Part shown: piece after piece, positions 1 through 9,622 of the stretch
Numbering within the stretch: the stretch's first letter is position 1
How the letters are laid out: each line of letters starts with the position of its first letter
Source: a virus
Virus record (IMG/VR): IMGVR_UViG_3300042695_002264
Span: 32,001 to 96,000 of that record
Strand: one strand, 5' to 3'
DNA: 64,000 nt
Notes under the pieces: generated by a model
Database searches by the model: none
Told to the model about the DNA's origin: nothing
Seen by the model: only the letters and a program-made list of their open reading frames with translations
Position numbers and translations under genes: made by a program

Positions 1-322
1 GCTTTAGCTTTGCCAAGATTTGGTCCATTACCTTATCGTAAGGACTTTCTGGTTTTGTTAGTTTATTGTAACAATCACGAATAGTTTTAAGTGGGATATT
101 GAATCCAGACCAATCAGCGCCATAACTAAAGCCCCAATCGTTCTGTTCGTGATACCACTTCATGTAGTTCCAAATTGAAAAGTTTTTGCCACGAAATTTT
201 TGGCTTGGACTCTCATAATATTCTTGCGCTCGGCAGAAAAGCATGGCACGATCATACTTATCTTTGACGATAACCGCAAAGATATTAGGAAGAACTTCTT
301 TAATTTTATAGTTAATTTTCAT
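1..322 (-). CDS. hypothetical phage protein, truncated by window edge
   Basis: Manual translation from ATG at 322: MKINYKIKEVLPNIFAVIVKDKYDRAMLFCRAQEYYESP..., open to position 1. Confidence 0.7.
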   Translation of the reverse strand, partial: MKINYKIKEVLPNIFAVIVKDKYDRAMLFCRAQEYYESPSQKFRGKNFSIWNYMKWYHEQNDWGFSYGADWSGFNIPLKTIRDCYNKLTKPESPYDKVMDQILAKLK

Positions 323-689
323 TGATATTTCCAACTACCTCAATACTTTCTTCCATTATTTTATCAAGTATTTGGTGACCATCTTTACCAAAGTAGAACC
401 CAGCAAGACGCTCATCGTAATAAACTTCACAATTTTTATATTCGATTATGTCCCTATCACTAAGATCTACAGTATAATCACAAGAAAAATTAATAAGGTC
501 GCCTTCGTAAACCTCTACGCCATTCTTGTCAATGAGTCCTGTGAATTGTTGAGGAACGAGAGTATCATAATCACTTCCATCAAAAAGCTCATCTACAAGA
601 CCATCATAGCGATAATCATGAACAAAAGCTTTTCCAGCAGGACACCAGAAACGAAATTTAATCGTTCTCTTTTTCATTCTCTTTTTCAT
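312..689 (-). CDS. YopX family protein
   Basis: IKFRFW...QQFTGLIDKNGVEVYEGDLI...EVVGNINEN signature; start trimmed to MKKR. Confidence 0.85.
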   Translation of the reverse strand: MKKRMKKRTIKFRFWCPAGKAFVHDYRYDGLVDELFDGSDYDTLVPQQFTGLIDKNGVEVYEGDLINFSCDYTVDLSDRDIIEYKNCEVYYDERLAGFYFGKDGHQILDKIMEESIEVVGNINEN

Positions 690-987
690 TCTCTTTATAT
701 CCAGCACCACAAATTTGTCCAGCAGAAATAGTTCCACCGTACTTTTCCATAATTTGGCGCATTTCATTTTGAATATCGAACATACACCAATTTTCAGTTA
801 GGGTCAGGTCATATTCATATTTTGCCCATCCATCATCAAGAGTCATCTTGAAAACATGTGGCTCGCCAGATTTCAAATGCTTTTCTTTTTCAAATTCTTT
901 CATAACGTAATCGCTTATTTCTTTTTTTCTTTTACGTAATTCTTTTATTTCCTCTTCGGTTAAATCGTATGGTAATTTTTTACTCAT
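658..987 (-). CDS. hypothetical protein
   Basis: ORF tiles with neighbours. Confidence 0.65.
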   Translation of the reverse strand: MSKKLPYDLTEEEIKELRKRKKEISDYVMKEFEKEKHLKSGEPHVFKMTLDDGWAKYEYDLTLTENWCMFDIQNEMRQIMEKYGGTISAGQICGAGYKENEKENEKEND

Positions 988-1261
988 TATGATACCACCA
1001 AGAGCGAACTTCTGATTTTACAAAATCATTGTACTCAAGGCCAGCTTCAGCCAAAAATTCGTCAAATGAAATGGTATTATCGTCGCAATTAAAGATATAG
1101 TCAAGTAACCAATCTGCACCAGCCTCATCAAGACGAAGGTCTTTTACAAGCTTATTAAATTTATTATCAACAATATTATTAATCTCACGGATAAACTCGC
1201 GCTCCTTGTAAATAACATCTTCGGGATGGCGACCATCTTTGGTATAATGACTTTTGTTCAT
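980..1261 (-). CDS. hypothetical acidic protein
   Basis: ORF tiles with neighbours. Confidence 0.65.
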   Translation of the reverse strand: MNKSHYTKDGRHPEDVIYKEREFIREINNIVDNKFNKLVKDLRLDEAGADWLLDYIFNCDDNTISFDEFLAEAGLEYNDFVKSEVRSWWYHNE

Positions 1262-1281
1262 GTAGGAATATTAATAGGTTT

Positions 1282-1683
1282 TTATTTATCTGTCAAGCCC
1301 ATTTCAAATTCATTTTGCTTGTTGAGACAGGAAACTAAGTATTCTGCATTTTCAAAAGTATTTCCAATGACTTCCATCTCTCCAAGCTTATCAAAGACAG
1401 TATGAAACCAAATAAATTTTAGCGTTGAAATATTCTCAAGTTTCCATAACATATAGCTACCATAACGAAAACGAACAAGATAATTTTCCCCATTATAATG
1501 GAGAATATCTCCAACATAAACGTCTTTTAAATTTTTATCAGTTACGCCAGTATGCTCTTGCGGGGCCGTAGCATTGATTCCTTTAAGCGGATACCCCTCA
1601 TACATATCCCATGTATAAAGCGTTTTATCGTCACGATTAAAAGCACGAAAACGAATTAAATATCTTGTTTTATTCTGTTGCAT
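1282..1683 (-). CDS. YopX family protein
   Basis: IRFRAF...QEHTGVTDKNLKDVYVGDIL...EVIGNTFEN. Confidence 0.85.
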   Translation of the reverse strand: MQQNKTRYLIRFRAFNRDDKTLYTWDMYEGYPLKGINATAPQEHTGVTDKNLKDVYVGDILHYNGENYLVRFRYGSYMLWKLENISTLKFIWFHTVFDKLGEMEVIGNTFENAEYLVSCLNKQNEFEMGLTDK

Positions 1684-1931
1684 TACTGCCTACCAGTTGA
1701 GGAAAAAAGAATTCCAAAAAGCATATACAGAAAAGCAGCATCAATCCAACCAATTTGTGGAAGTCCAAAAATTTGCGGAATGACAGCATTCCATAGCATA
1801 AAAACTGGAACAGCAACGATAAACGAAAAAATAATAATGATTGATACGCTAGTCAAAAAAGCCAGTGCCATTTGTTTTATATACTCAAGCATATGTCTCC
1901 TCTCCGCTAAAATAGTCTCTGGCCGCTTCAA
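1683..1931 (-). CDS. small membrane protein
   Basis: Two hydrophobic segments, LWNAVIPQIFGLPQIGW motif. Confidence 0.65.
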   Translation of the reverse strand: MKRPETILAERRHMLEYIKQMALAFLTSVSIIIIFSFIVAVPVFMLWNAVIPQIFGLPQIGWIDAAFLYMLFGILFSSTGRQ

Positions 1932-2103
1932 GATAGCCTTCGCTGTCTAGGTATTGGCGCAGGGCTTGGAAATCATCGCCACTGAGCGCCCCTTTAACTC
2001 TGACTTCGATATCGTAACCATCGCTACCAACAGGACGAATACCCACATCAAAATGGCGACCTTTGAAAGTTAGTTTAGTATAGTATGTATTATTTTTTTT
2101 CAT
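1885..2103 (-). CDS. hypothetical protein
   Basis: ORF tiling. Confidence 0.6.
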   Translation of the reverse strand: MKKNNTYYTKLTFKGRHFDVGIRPVGSDGYDIEVRVKGALSGDDFQALRQYLDSEGYLEAARDYFSGEETYA

Positions 2104-2104
2104 T

Positions 2105-2359
2105 TTAAATCCATTTATTCAGTCCAATAATTGTGCTGTGCAACCAATCGTTGCAAACTTTTTGAGCTTCTTTTAGGCTTGTCAAGTATGTTCCGTATGG
2201 AAGGATTGGTTGGTCGTCTCCAGTTCCATAATAAATGAATGCTTGGTATTTCGCTTTATCTACTTCTTCAATAGAAAACTGCCAACCAACCGATTTTATT
2301 TCGGCCATCCAAAAAGCAAAATCATCGTATTTTTTCTTTTTCCAAGTTAGTTTTTTCAT
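2105..2359 (-). CDS. hypothetical protein
   Basis: ORF tiling, 4-nt overlap with upstream gene. Confidence 0.65.
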   Translation of the reverse strand: MKKLTWKKKKYDDFAFWMAEIKSVGWQFSIEEVDKAKYQAFIYYGTGDDQPILPYGTYLTSLKEAQKVCNDWLHSTIIGLNKWI

Positions 2360-2700
2360 AGTTGGTCGCTATAATGTCTGGCATTGAATCCACCAGTTTT
2401 TCTATATTCCTCATCTTCCTCTCCAATTTCAAACCAGTAATCGCAAAATTTATGAGCAGAATTAGAATATTCTTCCAATTCGGCTTCACTACCTAATACC
2501 GACAATGCTTCAATAGTTTCATCAGAGAGCCCATCAATATCATCAAGATCGAAAACTTTAATGTAGTTGAGAAAATCTTCTTCCGAGTTTCCTTCATATG
2601 GATAATTTTCGTGATTTCGAAAATCTTCTGGATCAAGATGTGTAACTGGACCAGCTAGGTAAGCTGTATATTTTTCACAACGTCTGACTTGGTATTTCAT
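2356..2700 (-). CDS. hypothetical acidic protein
   Basis: Start trimmed to MKYQVRR because the longer ORF overlaps tRNA-Leu. Confidence 0.7.
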   Translation of the reverse strand: MKYQVRRCEKYTAYLAGPVTHLDPEDFRNHENYPYEGNSEEDFLNYIKVFDLDDIDGLSDETIEALSVLGSEAELEEYSNSAHKFCDYWFEIGEEDEEYRKTGGFNARHYSDQL

Positions 2701-2716
2701 ATAAATGTTTTTAAAT

Positions 2717-2802
2717 TGGTAGCGAAGGTGGGACTCGAACCCACACGGTCTTTCGACCAACGGATTTTAAGTCCGTTGTGGCTGCCATTACACCACTTCG
2801 CC
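2717..2802 (-). tRNA. tRNA-Leu(TAA)
   Basis: GGCGAAG acceptor, ACGGA-CTTAAAA-TCCGT anticodon arm, long variable arm, TTCGAGT T-loop, encoded CCA. Confidence 0.95.
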
Positions 2803-2816
2803 ATATTGGGAAAGAG

Positions 2817-2843
2817 AAAAAATAGGGGGTCTTACGACCCCCA
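2817..2843 (-). terminator. rho-independent terminator
   Basis: GGGGGTC-GTAA-GACCCCC hairpin followed by T tract, just after the 2851..3336 stop. Confidence 0.8.
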
Positions 2844-2850
2844 TTGTGAA

Positions 2851-3336
2851 TTAGGAAATACGGTAAACCTTGCTAGGCTTGCCTTTTCCAAGACCCTTGC
2901 GGGTTCCAACCTCACGAATACGCGAGTTGATATACTTCTTGATGTAGTTAGTCACATCATACTTCTCACAACCATTGAGCGTAGCGACATCAGTAACAGT
3001 CCACTCGCCTTCAGGCAGTTTGAGATCTAGGGACTTCTTAGGGCGCCCCCTTTGCCCTTTTACCTTTACGGTTTCTTCTTGTGTGTTCATAATTTCTACC
3101 ATTTGACCATCTTGGATTTTAAAATTGCTACGACCAGTATAAACTACATTTGTAGTTGGCGCAAGAGAATAGCGGAAAGGTGACCACGAATCATTAGGTG
3201 TTTCACGCTTTTCGCCACGAACAAGCACCGAGCATTGACTATTACGAAGAACAACGAGATTCTTCATAGTATCTTTGATTGATGGGATCTCAAAACGATC
3301 TCCCTCGTTTAGGTTTTGCAGTTGTACTGTTTTCAT
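2851..3336 (-). CDS. putative DNA-binding protein (AT-hook-like motif plus C-terminal winged HTH)
   Basis: GQRGRPKK; WTVTDVATLNG helix pattern; GKGKPSKVY wing. Confidence 0.55.
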   Translation of the reverse strand: MKTVQLQNLNEGDRFEIPSIKDTMKNLVVLRNSQCSVLVRGEKRETPNDSWSPFRYSLAPTTNVVYTGRSNFKIQDGQMVEIMNTQEETVKVKGQRGRPKKSLDLKLPEGEWTVTDVATLNGCEKYDVTNYIKKYINSRIREVGTRKGLGKGKPSKVYRIS

Positions 3337-3377
3337 TATGTTTATATATTAAAGACTTTTTTCACTAAATGCAAGCA

Positions 3378-4346
3378 TTATTTTTCTAAATCTTGCATTT
3401 TCTTCAAGTATTCATTACCTTTTGTAGTAAGGCGACGACCCTTGGCCGCAATCTCGATAAGTCCAAGTCTCAAAAGGTATGTTTCATACTCATTCTGAAT
3501 GGCAGACTTTTCAAGACCAGTAGCGGCTGAGAGTGCGGTCAGTGAGCGACCCTCGTAACCATCAAGCGCCCTCATGATTTGGAGTTCACCCTCTCCAACG
3601 CCGAGCGGGTTGATGCCAAGCAATTCACTCATCTTGCCCCAAGCATCCATATCAAAATCGCTGATTTTAGCGGCAGCACAATACTGCATGATATTTTCTT
3701 GAGCCATGCGAACACTGGCGCGAGGATTACCACGACAAGTTTTAGCAGCTTCGCTGAGAGCTTCGTCTTGAATATCAATATCACTAAGATTAATCTTAAT
3801 AATATCTGCAAGATCATCTTGACTATAAGGCTCAAGCTGAATTGAGCGCAAACGATCTTTTAGCGGATTATTCATCGCTTGAGGATCGGTAGTTGCAAAG
3901 ATAAAAGAAATCTTCTTGAAAGGAAATTCCAGAACGTAATCTTTATAATTGATATAGCCAATCATGTTCTTGTCAGGATTCAATGCGGTAAGCAAGGCTT
4001 CCTGAGCAATGGGATCGAGAGCGTGAGCCTCATCAAAGAAAAGGGTGCAATGGTCCTGCACATAAGGAATAAAAACATTTTCAATGAGATTATCCAGCTT
4101 GCGAACAGTGGCGCAGTTGACCTTGATCATGGGCTTGATTTTTCCACCAAGCTCTTTGACGCGCAAGTTTTTGGCAACCAGAGTTGCAAGCGCAGTTTTG
4201 CCAGAACCCTTACCGCCAATCACAAGCATATGGGGCAGGATTTGAGTTGATTGAAACGAGTTGATGTAAAAAGCCAACTGGCGCTTCACTTTATTCTGTC
4301 CCACGATGTCGGGGAAGAAACTATCTACGTATTCTTGGTTGATCAT
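3378..4346 (-). CDS. ruvB: RuvB-like Holliday junction branch-migration ATPase
   Basis: Walker A GGKGSGKT, Walker B FFDEAH, FATT, PLKDR, GNPR sensor II, C-terminal YETYLLRLGLI...KGRRLT. Confidence 0.85.
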   Translation of the reverse strand: MINQEYVDSFFPDIVGQNKVKRQLAFYINSFQSTQILPHMLVIGGKGSGKTALATLVAKNLRVKELGGKIKPMIKVNCATVRKLDNLIENVFIPYVQDHCTLFFDEAHALDPIAQEALLTALNPDKNMIGYINYKDYVLEFPFKKISFIFATTDPQAMNNPLKDRLRSIQLEPYSQDDLADIIKINLSDIDIQDEALSEAAKTCRGNPRASVRMAQENIMQYCAAAKISDFDMDAWGKMSELLGINPLGVGEGELQIMRALDGYEGRSLTALSAATGLEKSAIQNEYETYLLRLGLIEIAAKGRRLTTKGNEYLKKMQDLEK

Positions 4347-4352
4347 GTCCCT

Positions 4353-4381
4353 AGTATGGGATTTTTTTTGCTAAATGTCAA
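4353..4381 (-). promoter_or_regulatory. sigma70-like promoter of ruvB
   Basis: TTGACA-17-CATACT, 6 nt before ATG. Confidence 0.75.
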
Positions 4382-4389
4382 AGCAAATT

Positions 4390-4683
4390 TTAGAATTTCT
4401 CAATCTCTATAATTGGCTTGAGGCCAGAATCTTCTGAAGAATCTTTCTTCTTTTGGACATATTTTTCGTCAAAACTTTCGACTTTGACATCAGCGGTTAC
4501 ATGATTGGCAACAGCTTTGATCGTTGCGGTATCAGCTGAAATTTTTGATCCATCTAGACCGATCATTTCTGCATATCGCAGGGAAACAACCACATTCGCA
4601 GAAGGTTTCAAGATCCTGTTTAGCTCGGCAAGAGATACCTTACAGAAACTAACAGCGCCAACTTTTCTACCACGTTTTTTCAT
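4390..4683 (-). CDS. hypothetical protein
   Basis: ORF, basic N-terminus. Confidence 0.65.
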   Translation of the reverse strand: MKKRGRKVGAVSFCKVSLAELNRILKPSANVVVSLRYAEMIGLDGSKISADTATIKAVANHVTADVKVESFDEKYVQKKKDSSEDSGLKPIIEIEKF

Positions 4684-4692
4684 ATATTTTTA

Positions 4693-4854
4693 TTAGATTA
4701 AAATTTCAAGGAAGCTTTTTCCCGTTTCTTCGTCATTATTGATACCAGCCCCAAATGGAAACATAGTGTCTTCATCTACGTTAATACGAACTTGGGCATC
4801 ATCGGGAAGCAAGTCGATGATATTTTTGATTTCTTTGATTGTCAGTACTTTCAT
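4693..4854 (-). CDS. small hypothetical protein (53 aa)
   Basis: Manual translation MKVLTIKEIKNIIDLLPDDAQVRI...; TTGACA-17-CAGAAT promoter at 4862..4890. Confidence 0.6.
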   Translation of the reverse strand: MKVLTIKEIKNIIDLLPDDAQVRINVDEDTMFPFGAGINNDEETGKSFLEILI

Positions 4855-4900
4855 TTTTATTATTCTGCTATATATTTATAAAATTGTCAAGAGGATTTTT

Positions 4901-5173
4901 TTATTGAAAATCAATGCCCATTTCTTGATTGAAGGAAACGATTCCAGAAAGTTCTTTTTTAAAATTTCTGTATACATATTTGGCGCACTCTTGTTCGCTT
5001 TTTCCAAGCCCCTTTTGAAACTGAATTCCGGAAAATATTGCGCCATCAAGTTCATCTATAGATATTGAGCTTGCCCAAATCGCACACCGCTCTAAATCTT
5101 TACTACTTATTTTCACGGTATTATTAATTACACTTTCAGGCATTTTCGTCGTATTCTTCTTCAGAAACTTCAT
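4901..5173 (-). CDS. hypothetical protein
   Basis: ORF. Confidence 0.55.
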   Translation of the reverse strand: MKFLKKNTTKMPESVINNTVKISSKDLERCAIWASSISIDELDGAIFSGIQFQKGLGKSEQECAKYVYRNFKKELSGIVSFNQEMGIDFQ

Positions 5174-5432
5174 CTATTGAGCATTCATCAAATCCATAAG
5201 CATCTATCAAGCCTTCTTCTACAGCCTGCTCGAACACTTCTTCATCGGATAGGTCATTTTTGCTATTAATATAAAATTCTTCTCCGCTTTCCGTAATTAA
5301 TTTATAGTACTTCATTTATTAATTATGTCTTCAATAATTTGGTTTAAATCTCTTTTATCATTCTTTGTTATACAATAAAGTATAAAAATGCTAAAAACTA
5401 TTACACCAACTATCATTAGTAATGAAATAAAT

Positions 5433-5606
5433 TTATTCTAATTCTGAAGCATCTGTTTGGCCATCGCTATAGCCATCCATGTAATCAGCATCTTCTGATT
5501 TTGGATTATAAATATTATTTATACCATGATTATAACCATCATTATAACCATTCTGGTATGTTTTTGTCAATTCTGTTTCAAACATATTTTCGATTGTTGT
5601 GTTCAT
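5433..5606 (-). CDS. small protein with YxxGYxDG repeats
   Basis: YQNGYNDGYNHG...YMDGYSDG; start trimmed to MNTTIEN. Confidence 0.6.
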   Translation of the reverse strand: MNTTIENMFETELTKTYQNGYNDGYNHGINNIYNPKSEDADYMDGYSDGQTDASELE

Positions 5607-5610
5607 AAAT

Positions 5611-5919
5611 TCATTCCCCTTTGTGGATTCTAATATGCCAGTCAATTCCTCCAATTTTATGGAAAAAAGACACTCCGCCAAATTGCTCTGGTATCTTTTC
5701 GTCTTTAAACTTTAATCTAACGTAGGATTTTTCTCCAATTTCGTTTTGGCAAATTTCCTCATATCCCCTTTTCCATACGCTAATTCCGTCAACAAAGTCC
5801 ATTTCGGAAAAGCATTTGTCTTGCTCTATTAATCTATCTAAATTTAACTTCTCTTCGTTAGTCAATGGTAAATCCCCAACTTCACTATTGATCAGATTAA
5901 ATGCGTTTATTGTAGTCAT
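5611..5919 (-). CDS. hypothetical protein
   Basis: ORF with TTGACT-17-TAGAAT promoter at 5928..5956. Confidence 0.65.
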   Translation of the reverse strand: MTTINAFNLINSEVGDLPLTNEEKLNLDRLIEQDKCFSEMDFVDGISVWKRGYEEICQNEIGEKSYVRLKFKDEKIPEQFGGVSFFHKIGGIDWHIRIHKGE

Positions 5920-5962
5920 TTTTATATATTCTAAGTTGAATTGAAAATTTAGTCAATATTTT

Positions 5963-6283
5963 TTAAAAATCTTTAAGGCACTTCTTTACTTCATGCTCTA
6001 TGATTTCACATAACTTTTCTTTTGATGGAATTTCGTTTAAACTATAATGGATCTTTACAGCCTTTAAAAATTCATCAGTTAATTCAATATTGAATTTTAC
6101 AGATCCATCAGATGCAATATATGGATTGCAAAAAATTTTAAAATATTCTGGAAACCTATTCGAATATTTTTCTGGCAAAATCTCTGCAAAATCGCTTTGT
6201 TTATTTTCCGAATTGTTTGGAAAATTTTCTGGATTTTCTCCAATATAAAAATCTTCCATTAAAGGGATATCTTGATGCTTCAT
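5963..6283 (-). CDS. hypothetical protein
   Basis: ORF tiling. Confidence 0.6.
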   Translation of the reverse strand: MKHQDIPLMEDFYIGENPENFPNNSENKQSDFAEILPEKYSNRFPEYFKIFCNPYIASDGSVKFNIELTDEFLKAVKIHYSLNEIPSKEKLCEIIEHEVKKCLKDF

Positions 6284-6912
6284 TTTAATGGTTTTTTTCT
6301 TTTAACAGTATCTTTTTTTAATTTGCGCTTTTTATTTGGTAGAGTTTTTTTAATTTTAAAATCTGGAACCGTATTGTAAATTTCATTTTTATTCATAGCA
6401 ACCATTTTCCAGTATTCTTTTTGTAGAAGATCAAAATTTATAATAGATGCCTGTTTAATATAAAGATCTTGTAGGCTAATAATTGATTTGGCAACAAATT
6501 TTGCAAAATCTTTAAAGTTGTATGTTTTATTATAAAAATTTTCGTTGGAATTTTCTTTTTTGTTTTCTGGGGAAGTTAGCAATCGTTTATGGTCAGACCA
6601 TTCCTCTATAAATTGCATTAGGTCTTCTCTAATGTTATTTTTATTTTTTCTCCATTTCTGGAAAATCTCGCCAGGAACAATTTTAGATCCTTCTACGGTA
6701 TACATTTGATATTGGAATAGGTATCTGTATTTTGGCTCAAAATCTGTAAATTCCTGCGCTGAACACCAATAAAAATATGGGGATATTGATTTTAAAGTAA
6801 CCAAGTCTATATCATCACCTTTCTGTGCTTTGTTAAAAACAATAGTTTCTGGCATAAAAAAGAAAATCATTTTATATTCCACAGACTCAATATCTTCAGG
6901 TATGTCATTCAT
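6280..6912 (-). CDS. hypothetical protein
   Basis: 210-aa ORF tiling. Confidence 0.65.
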   Translation of the reverse strand: MNDIPEDIESVEYKMIFFFMPETIVFNKAQKGDDIDLVTLKSISPYFYWCSAQEFTDFEPKYRYLFQYQMYTVEGSKIVPGEIFQKWRKNKNNIREDLMQFIEEWSDHKRLLTSPENKKENSNENFYNKTYNFKDFAKFVAKSIISLQDLYIKQASIINFDLLQKEYWKMVAMNKNEIYNTVPDFKIKKTLPNKKRKLKKDTVKRKKPLK

Positions 6913-7087
6913 ATTTAATATGGCTTTGATAGCTTCTTCTTTAAAACATTTTCTGCCACATCCATTGCAAGCTCTGCATCTTCCATTAAAATATCATTAA
7001 AATCTTTTTCGGCACACAATAGTTCCCATTCACTTTCAGAGAATTGTTTGGCCCATTTTTTTAAAGACTTCATATCTTTTTTTAGCA

Positions 7088-8314
7088 TTAGATCTTTTTC
7101 TTTTTAGCTCTCTTAGTTGTATTTTGAATTGGGGCAGATGAGTATGCAGATGTATCTGCTACAGAAATTGTATTTAAATTATTAAAAAATCCATTTAGAT
7201 TATTTGTATTTGTGCCCCAGCTAGGATTACTTGTAGTTAAATAATTACCATTATCAATAGTGTTGCCAAAATCATCAAGATTAATGCCGCGCATTTTTTT
7301 AAGTATATGCTGTATTTTTCGCAATAGTGAGTCGTCACATAACTTGTTATGCTCTGCCATTTCAAGCAATGGTTTGTAATGAATCGCATCTCCAAAAACA
7401 ATATCTTGAAACTTTTTATTACCAAAAAATAAAGATAATTGCCTTTCCTCATCAAGAAATGGAACAAAAAAGTTTGACCAATCTTTGTTTTGCACCAGAA
7501 GGTGGGCGCAAGATTGATAATAGTTTTCATTAACTAAAAATTCAAGAGCAGCTTTTTTATCCTTGGCTTTGAATATATCAGTGATAACTTTTTCAATTCC
7601 ACCAAAATTAATAGATGCCAAAAGCTTTGATGGGTTGCTCTCTATTGGTAAGACATCATTGATATCGCCACCAATTTGATAAACTTCTAACGCATAGTCT
7701 ATTCTACGGGGGCTAACTAGCTTTTTAATTTTTTCTGGCAAATTATTCCACCACTCAGTTGCGCCCTCTGCCCACTTTTGGCCAAATTTGTTATTAAAAT
7801 ATTCATTGTCAAGAGCATAAGGAATATTTATCTGAACTTGAAAGCGATCTTTTTGTGCTGGATCAATCGGCTCAACATCATAAATTTCGTTATCTTCGTC
7901 ATCTGGATTGTATGGATTTACTCCACCCCATACAACTTTTAAATTTGGAAATTTTTTACCATTGAGGGATTTAAATTGAATAAGCTCCATGATGGCATTG
8001 CGAACTTTTTTAACGCTACGGTTATATTCATCAATAAAGATAGCCTCAACTTCTTCATTCATATATTCTGGTCTAATAAACTCAAGAGTCGATCCAGTTT
8101 TTGTAACTTTCTCTTTTGGTACTCCAATAAAATCGACAAATGGATCGAGTGTGGAGCCTGAGAAATAAAGCCATTTTGTGGTTTTTCGATTAAAGACCTC
8201 TGTAATGATCGAGGTTTTTCCAACTCCTTTGTGTCCGGAAAGTAAGACATTTTTTCCATGATCAAAATAAAACTCTAATTTTTTAATTAAATCTTGCGAT
8301 TTAAATGCTTTCAT
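7088..8314 (-). CDS. MoxR/AAA_5-like ATPase
   Basis: GHKGVGKT, IFIDEYNR, GGVNP, DPAQKDRF, SPRR. Confidence 0.85.
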   Translation of the reverse strand: MKAFKSQDLIKKLEFYFDHGKNVLLSGHKGVGKTSIITEVFNRKTTKWLYFSGSTLDPFVDFIGVPKEKVTKTGSTLEFIRPEYMNEEVEAIFIDEYNRSVKKVRNAIMELIQFKSLNGKKFPNLKVVWGGVNPYNPDDEDNEIYDVEPIDPAQKDRFQVQINIPYALDNEYFNNKFGQKWAEGATEWWNNLPEKIKKLVSPRRIDYALEVYQIGGDINDVLPIESNPSKLLASINFGGIEKVITDIFKAKDKKAALEFLVNENYYQSCAHLLVQNKDWSNFFVPFLDEERQLSLFFGNKKFQDIVFGDAIHYKPLLEMAEHNKLCDDSLLRKIQHILKKMRGINLDDFGNTIDNGNYLTTSNPSWGTNTNNLNGFFNNLNTISVADTSAYSSAPIQNTTKRAKKKKI

Positions 8315-8321
8315 ATATTTT

Positions 8322-8350
8322 ATTATCTTATTATTTTATATTTTTGTCAA
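8322..8350 (-). promoter_or_regulatory. sigma70-like promoter
   Basis: TTGACA-17-GATAAT, 7 nt before ATG. Confidence 0.75.
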
Positions 8351-8352
8351 AT

Positions 8353-9621
8353 TTATTCAAAGTCTTCAAGCTTAAATATTTTTGACTTGTTTGGTACGCA
8401 CTCTTTATAATCTGTAGTTAAAAGAAAAACCCAGCGATTTGGATGTTGTGGGTAAAAAATACTGGCATAGCCATCAGTAATAACAAATATATTTCTAGGA
8501 TATTGAATGCCTTCTCTTTTTATGATTTCCTGCACTTTGTTTTCAATGCATTTAAATGATGTTCCGCCGCCGCCAATCACCCTGTCACTTTGCTTATCCA
8601 ACTCATAAGCCATATCATCAAAGCTAAAAAGCCTAACCCTAATTGTTTTAGGGATAGATTTAAATGCTTTATAAAAACGCTCTTTGTAGCCCCAGCATGA
8701 TCCACTAACATCAAGAAAGCAAAAAATGCTTTGCTTTTCTTTGTCATTTTTCTGATCATCAATATCAACATCGGCTGGCAACATCAAGGAACTATCAAGA
8801 AGATTATGTCTGCGATTTTTAATAATCCAATGATTGGTTTCAAATTCTTTTTCTACAATTTTTTTTGCATATTTGCGAATAATTGTTTCCCATTTTGGCT
8901 TCTTTTTGACAAGTTTCTTTTCTATCTTGGCAATAATTCCAGCAGTTCCAGTTCCAGCCTGTTGACCTCTTTTTTCTTCTTTCTTATTTGGCTCGCCTTC
9001 GTTCATTTTTTGGCGATCTAGAATATTTTTTAATGACTCCGCCTCATGCTGGTCAAGAGATTCAACAAGGCTATTTATAAATTCATTCTCAGATTTTTTA
9101 TTTGGTAAGCTGCTATGATCATTGCATTTAATAGGCATTTTAACCGTCTTGATTCGCCCTTGCTTATTAAGTAATGAATAATAGTATTCAAATGATCGCC
9201 CATATTCTGCTTCGCCTTTTTTAAACCACTTATCCACCCAACAATAATCATCGTCTGGATCTATTTCTGATCTATTAAAACCGAAATATTTTACAAGACC
9301 CTCGTTGATTGGAATATCCAAGCAAACATTTTTGGCATCATCAAATTCACCATTTGCTCGCGCGCCATGCTGATTGATCAAATGATAGGCTTCGTGCGCG
9401 ATAACAAAACGTTTTTGATTGTCGGAGCATTTATCCCAAAAATCTTTATTTATGCTAAAATTTAAATTATTATTTTTCTTGTCAATACCAACGCAAGCAG
9501 TTGGAACTCTATCAGAAAATTCTGGCCGAACAAGCTCCCAGAATTTATAAAAAACTCCGTGATGAGAAGTTAAAAGATGTGATATTTCTTTTTTTTCTTC
9601 GTATGTTATCGGACGGTTCAC
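8353..9621 (-). CDS. metallopeptidase-like plus VWA domain protein (DUF2201-like)
   Basis: PTACV, HEAYH (HEXXH), MIDAS DVSGS, GGGGTSF, ITDGY. Confidence 0.85.
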   Translation of the reverse strand: MNRPITYEEKKEISHLLTSHHGVFYKFWELVRPEFSDRVPTACVGIDKKNNNLNFSINKDFWDKCSDNQKRFVIAHEAYHLINQHGARANGEFDDAKNVCLDIPINEGLVKYFGFNRSEIDPDDDYCWVDKWFKKGEAEYGRSFEYYYSLLNKQGRIKTVKMPIKCNDHSSLPNKKSENEFINSLVESLDQHEAESLKNILDRQKMNEGEPNKKEEKRGQQAGTGTAGIIAKIEKKLVKKKPKWETIIRKYAKKIVEKEFETNHWIIKNRRHNLLDSSLMLPADVDIDDQKNDKEKQSIFCFLDVSGSCWGYKERFYKAFKSIPKTIRVRLFSFDDMAYELDKQSDRVIGGGGTSFKCIENKVQEIIKREGIQYPRNIFVITDGYASIFYPQHPNRWVFLLTTDYKECVPNKSKIFKLEDFE

Positions 9622-9622
9622 T

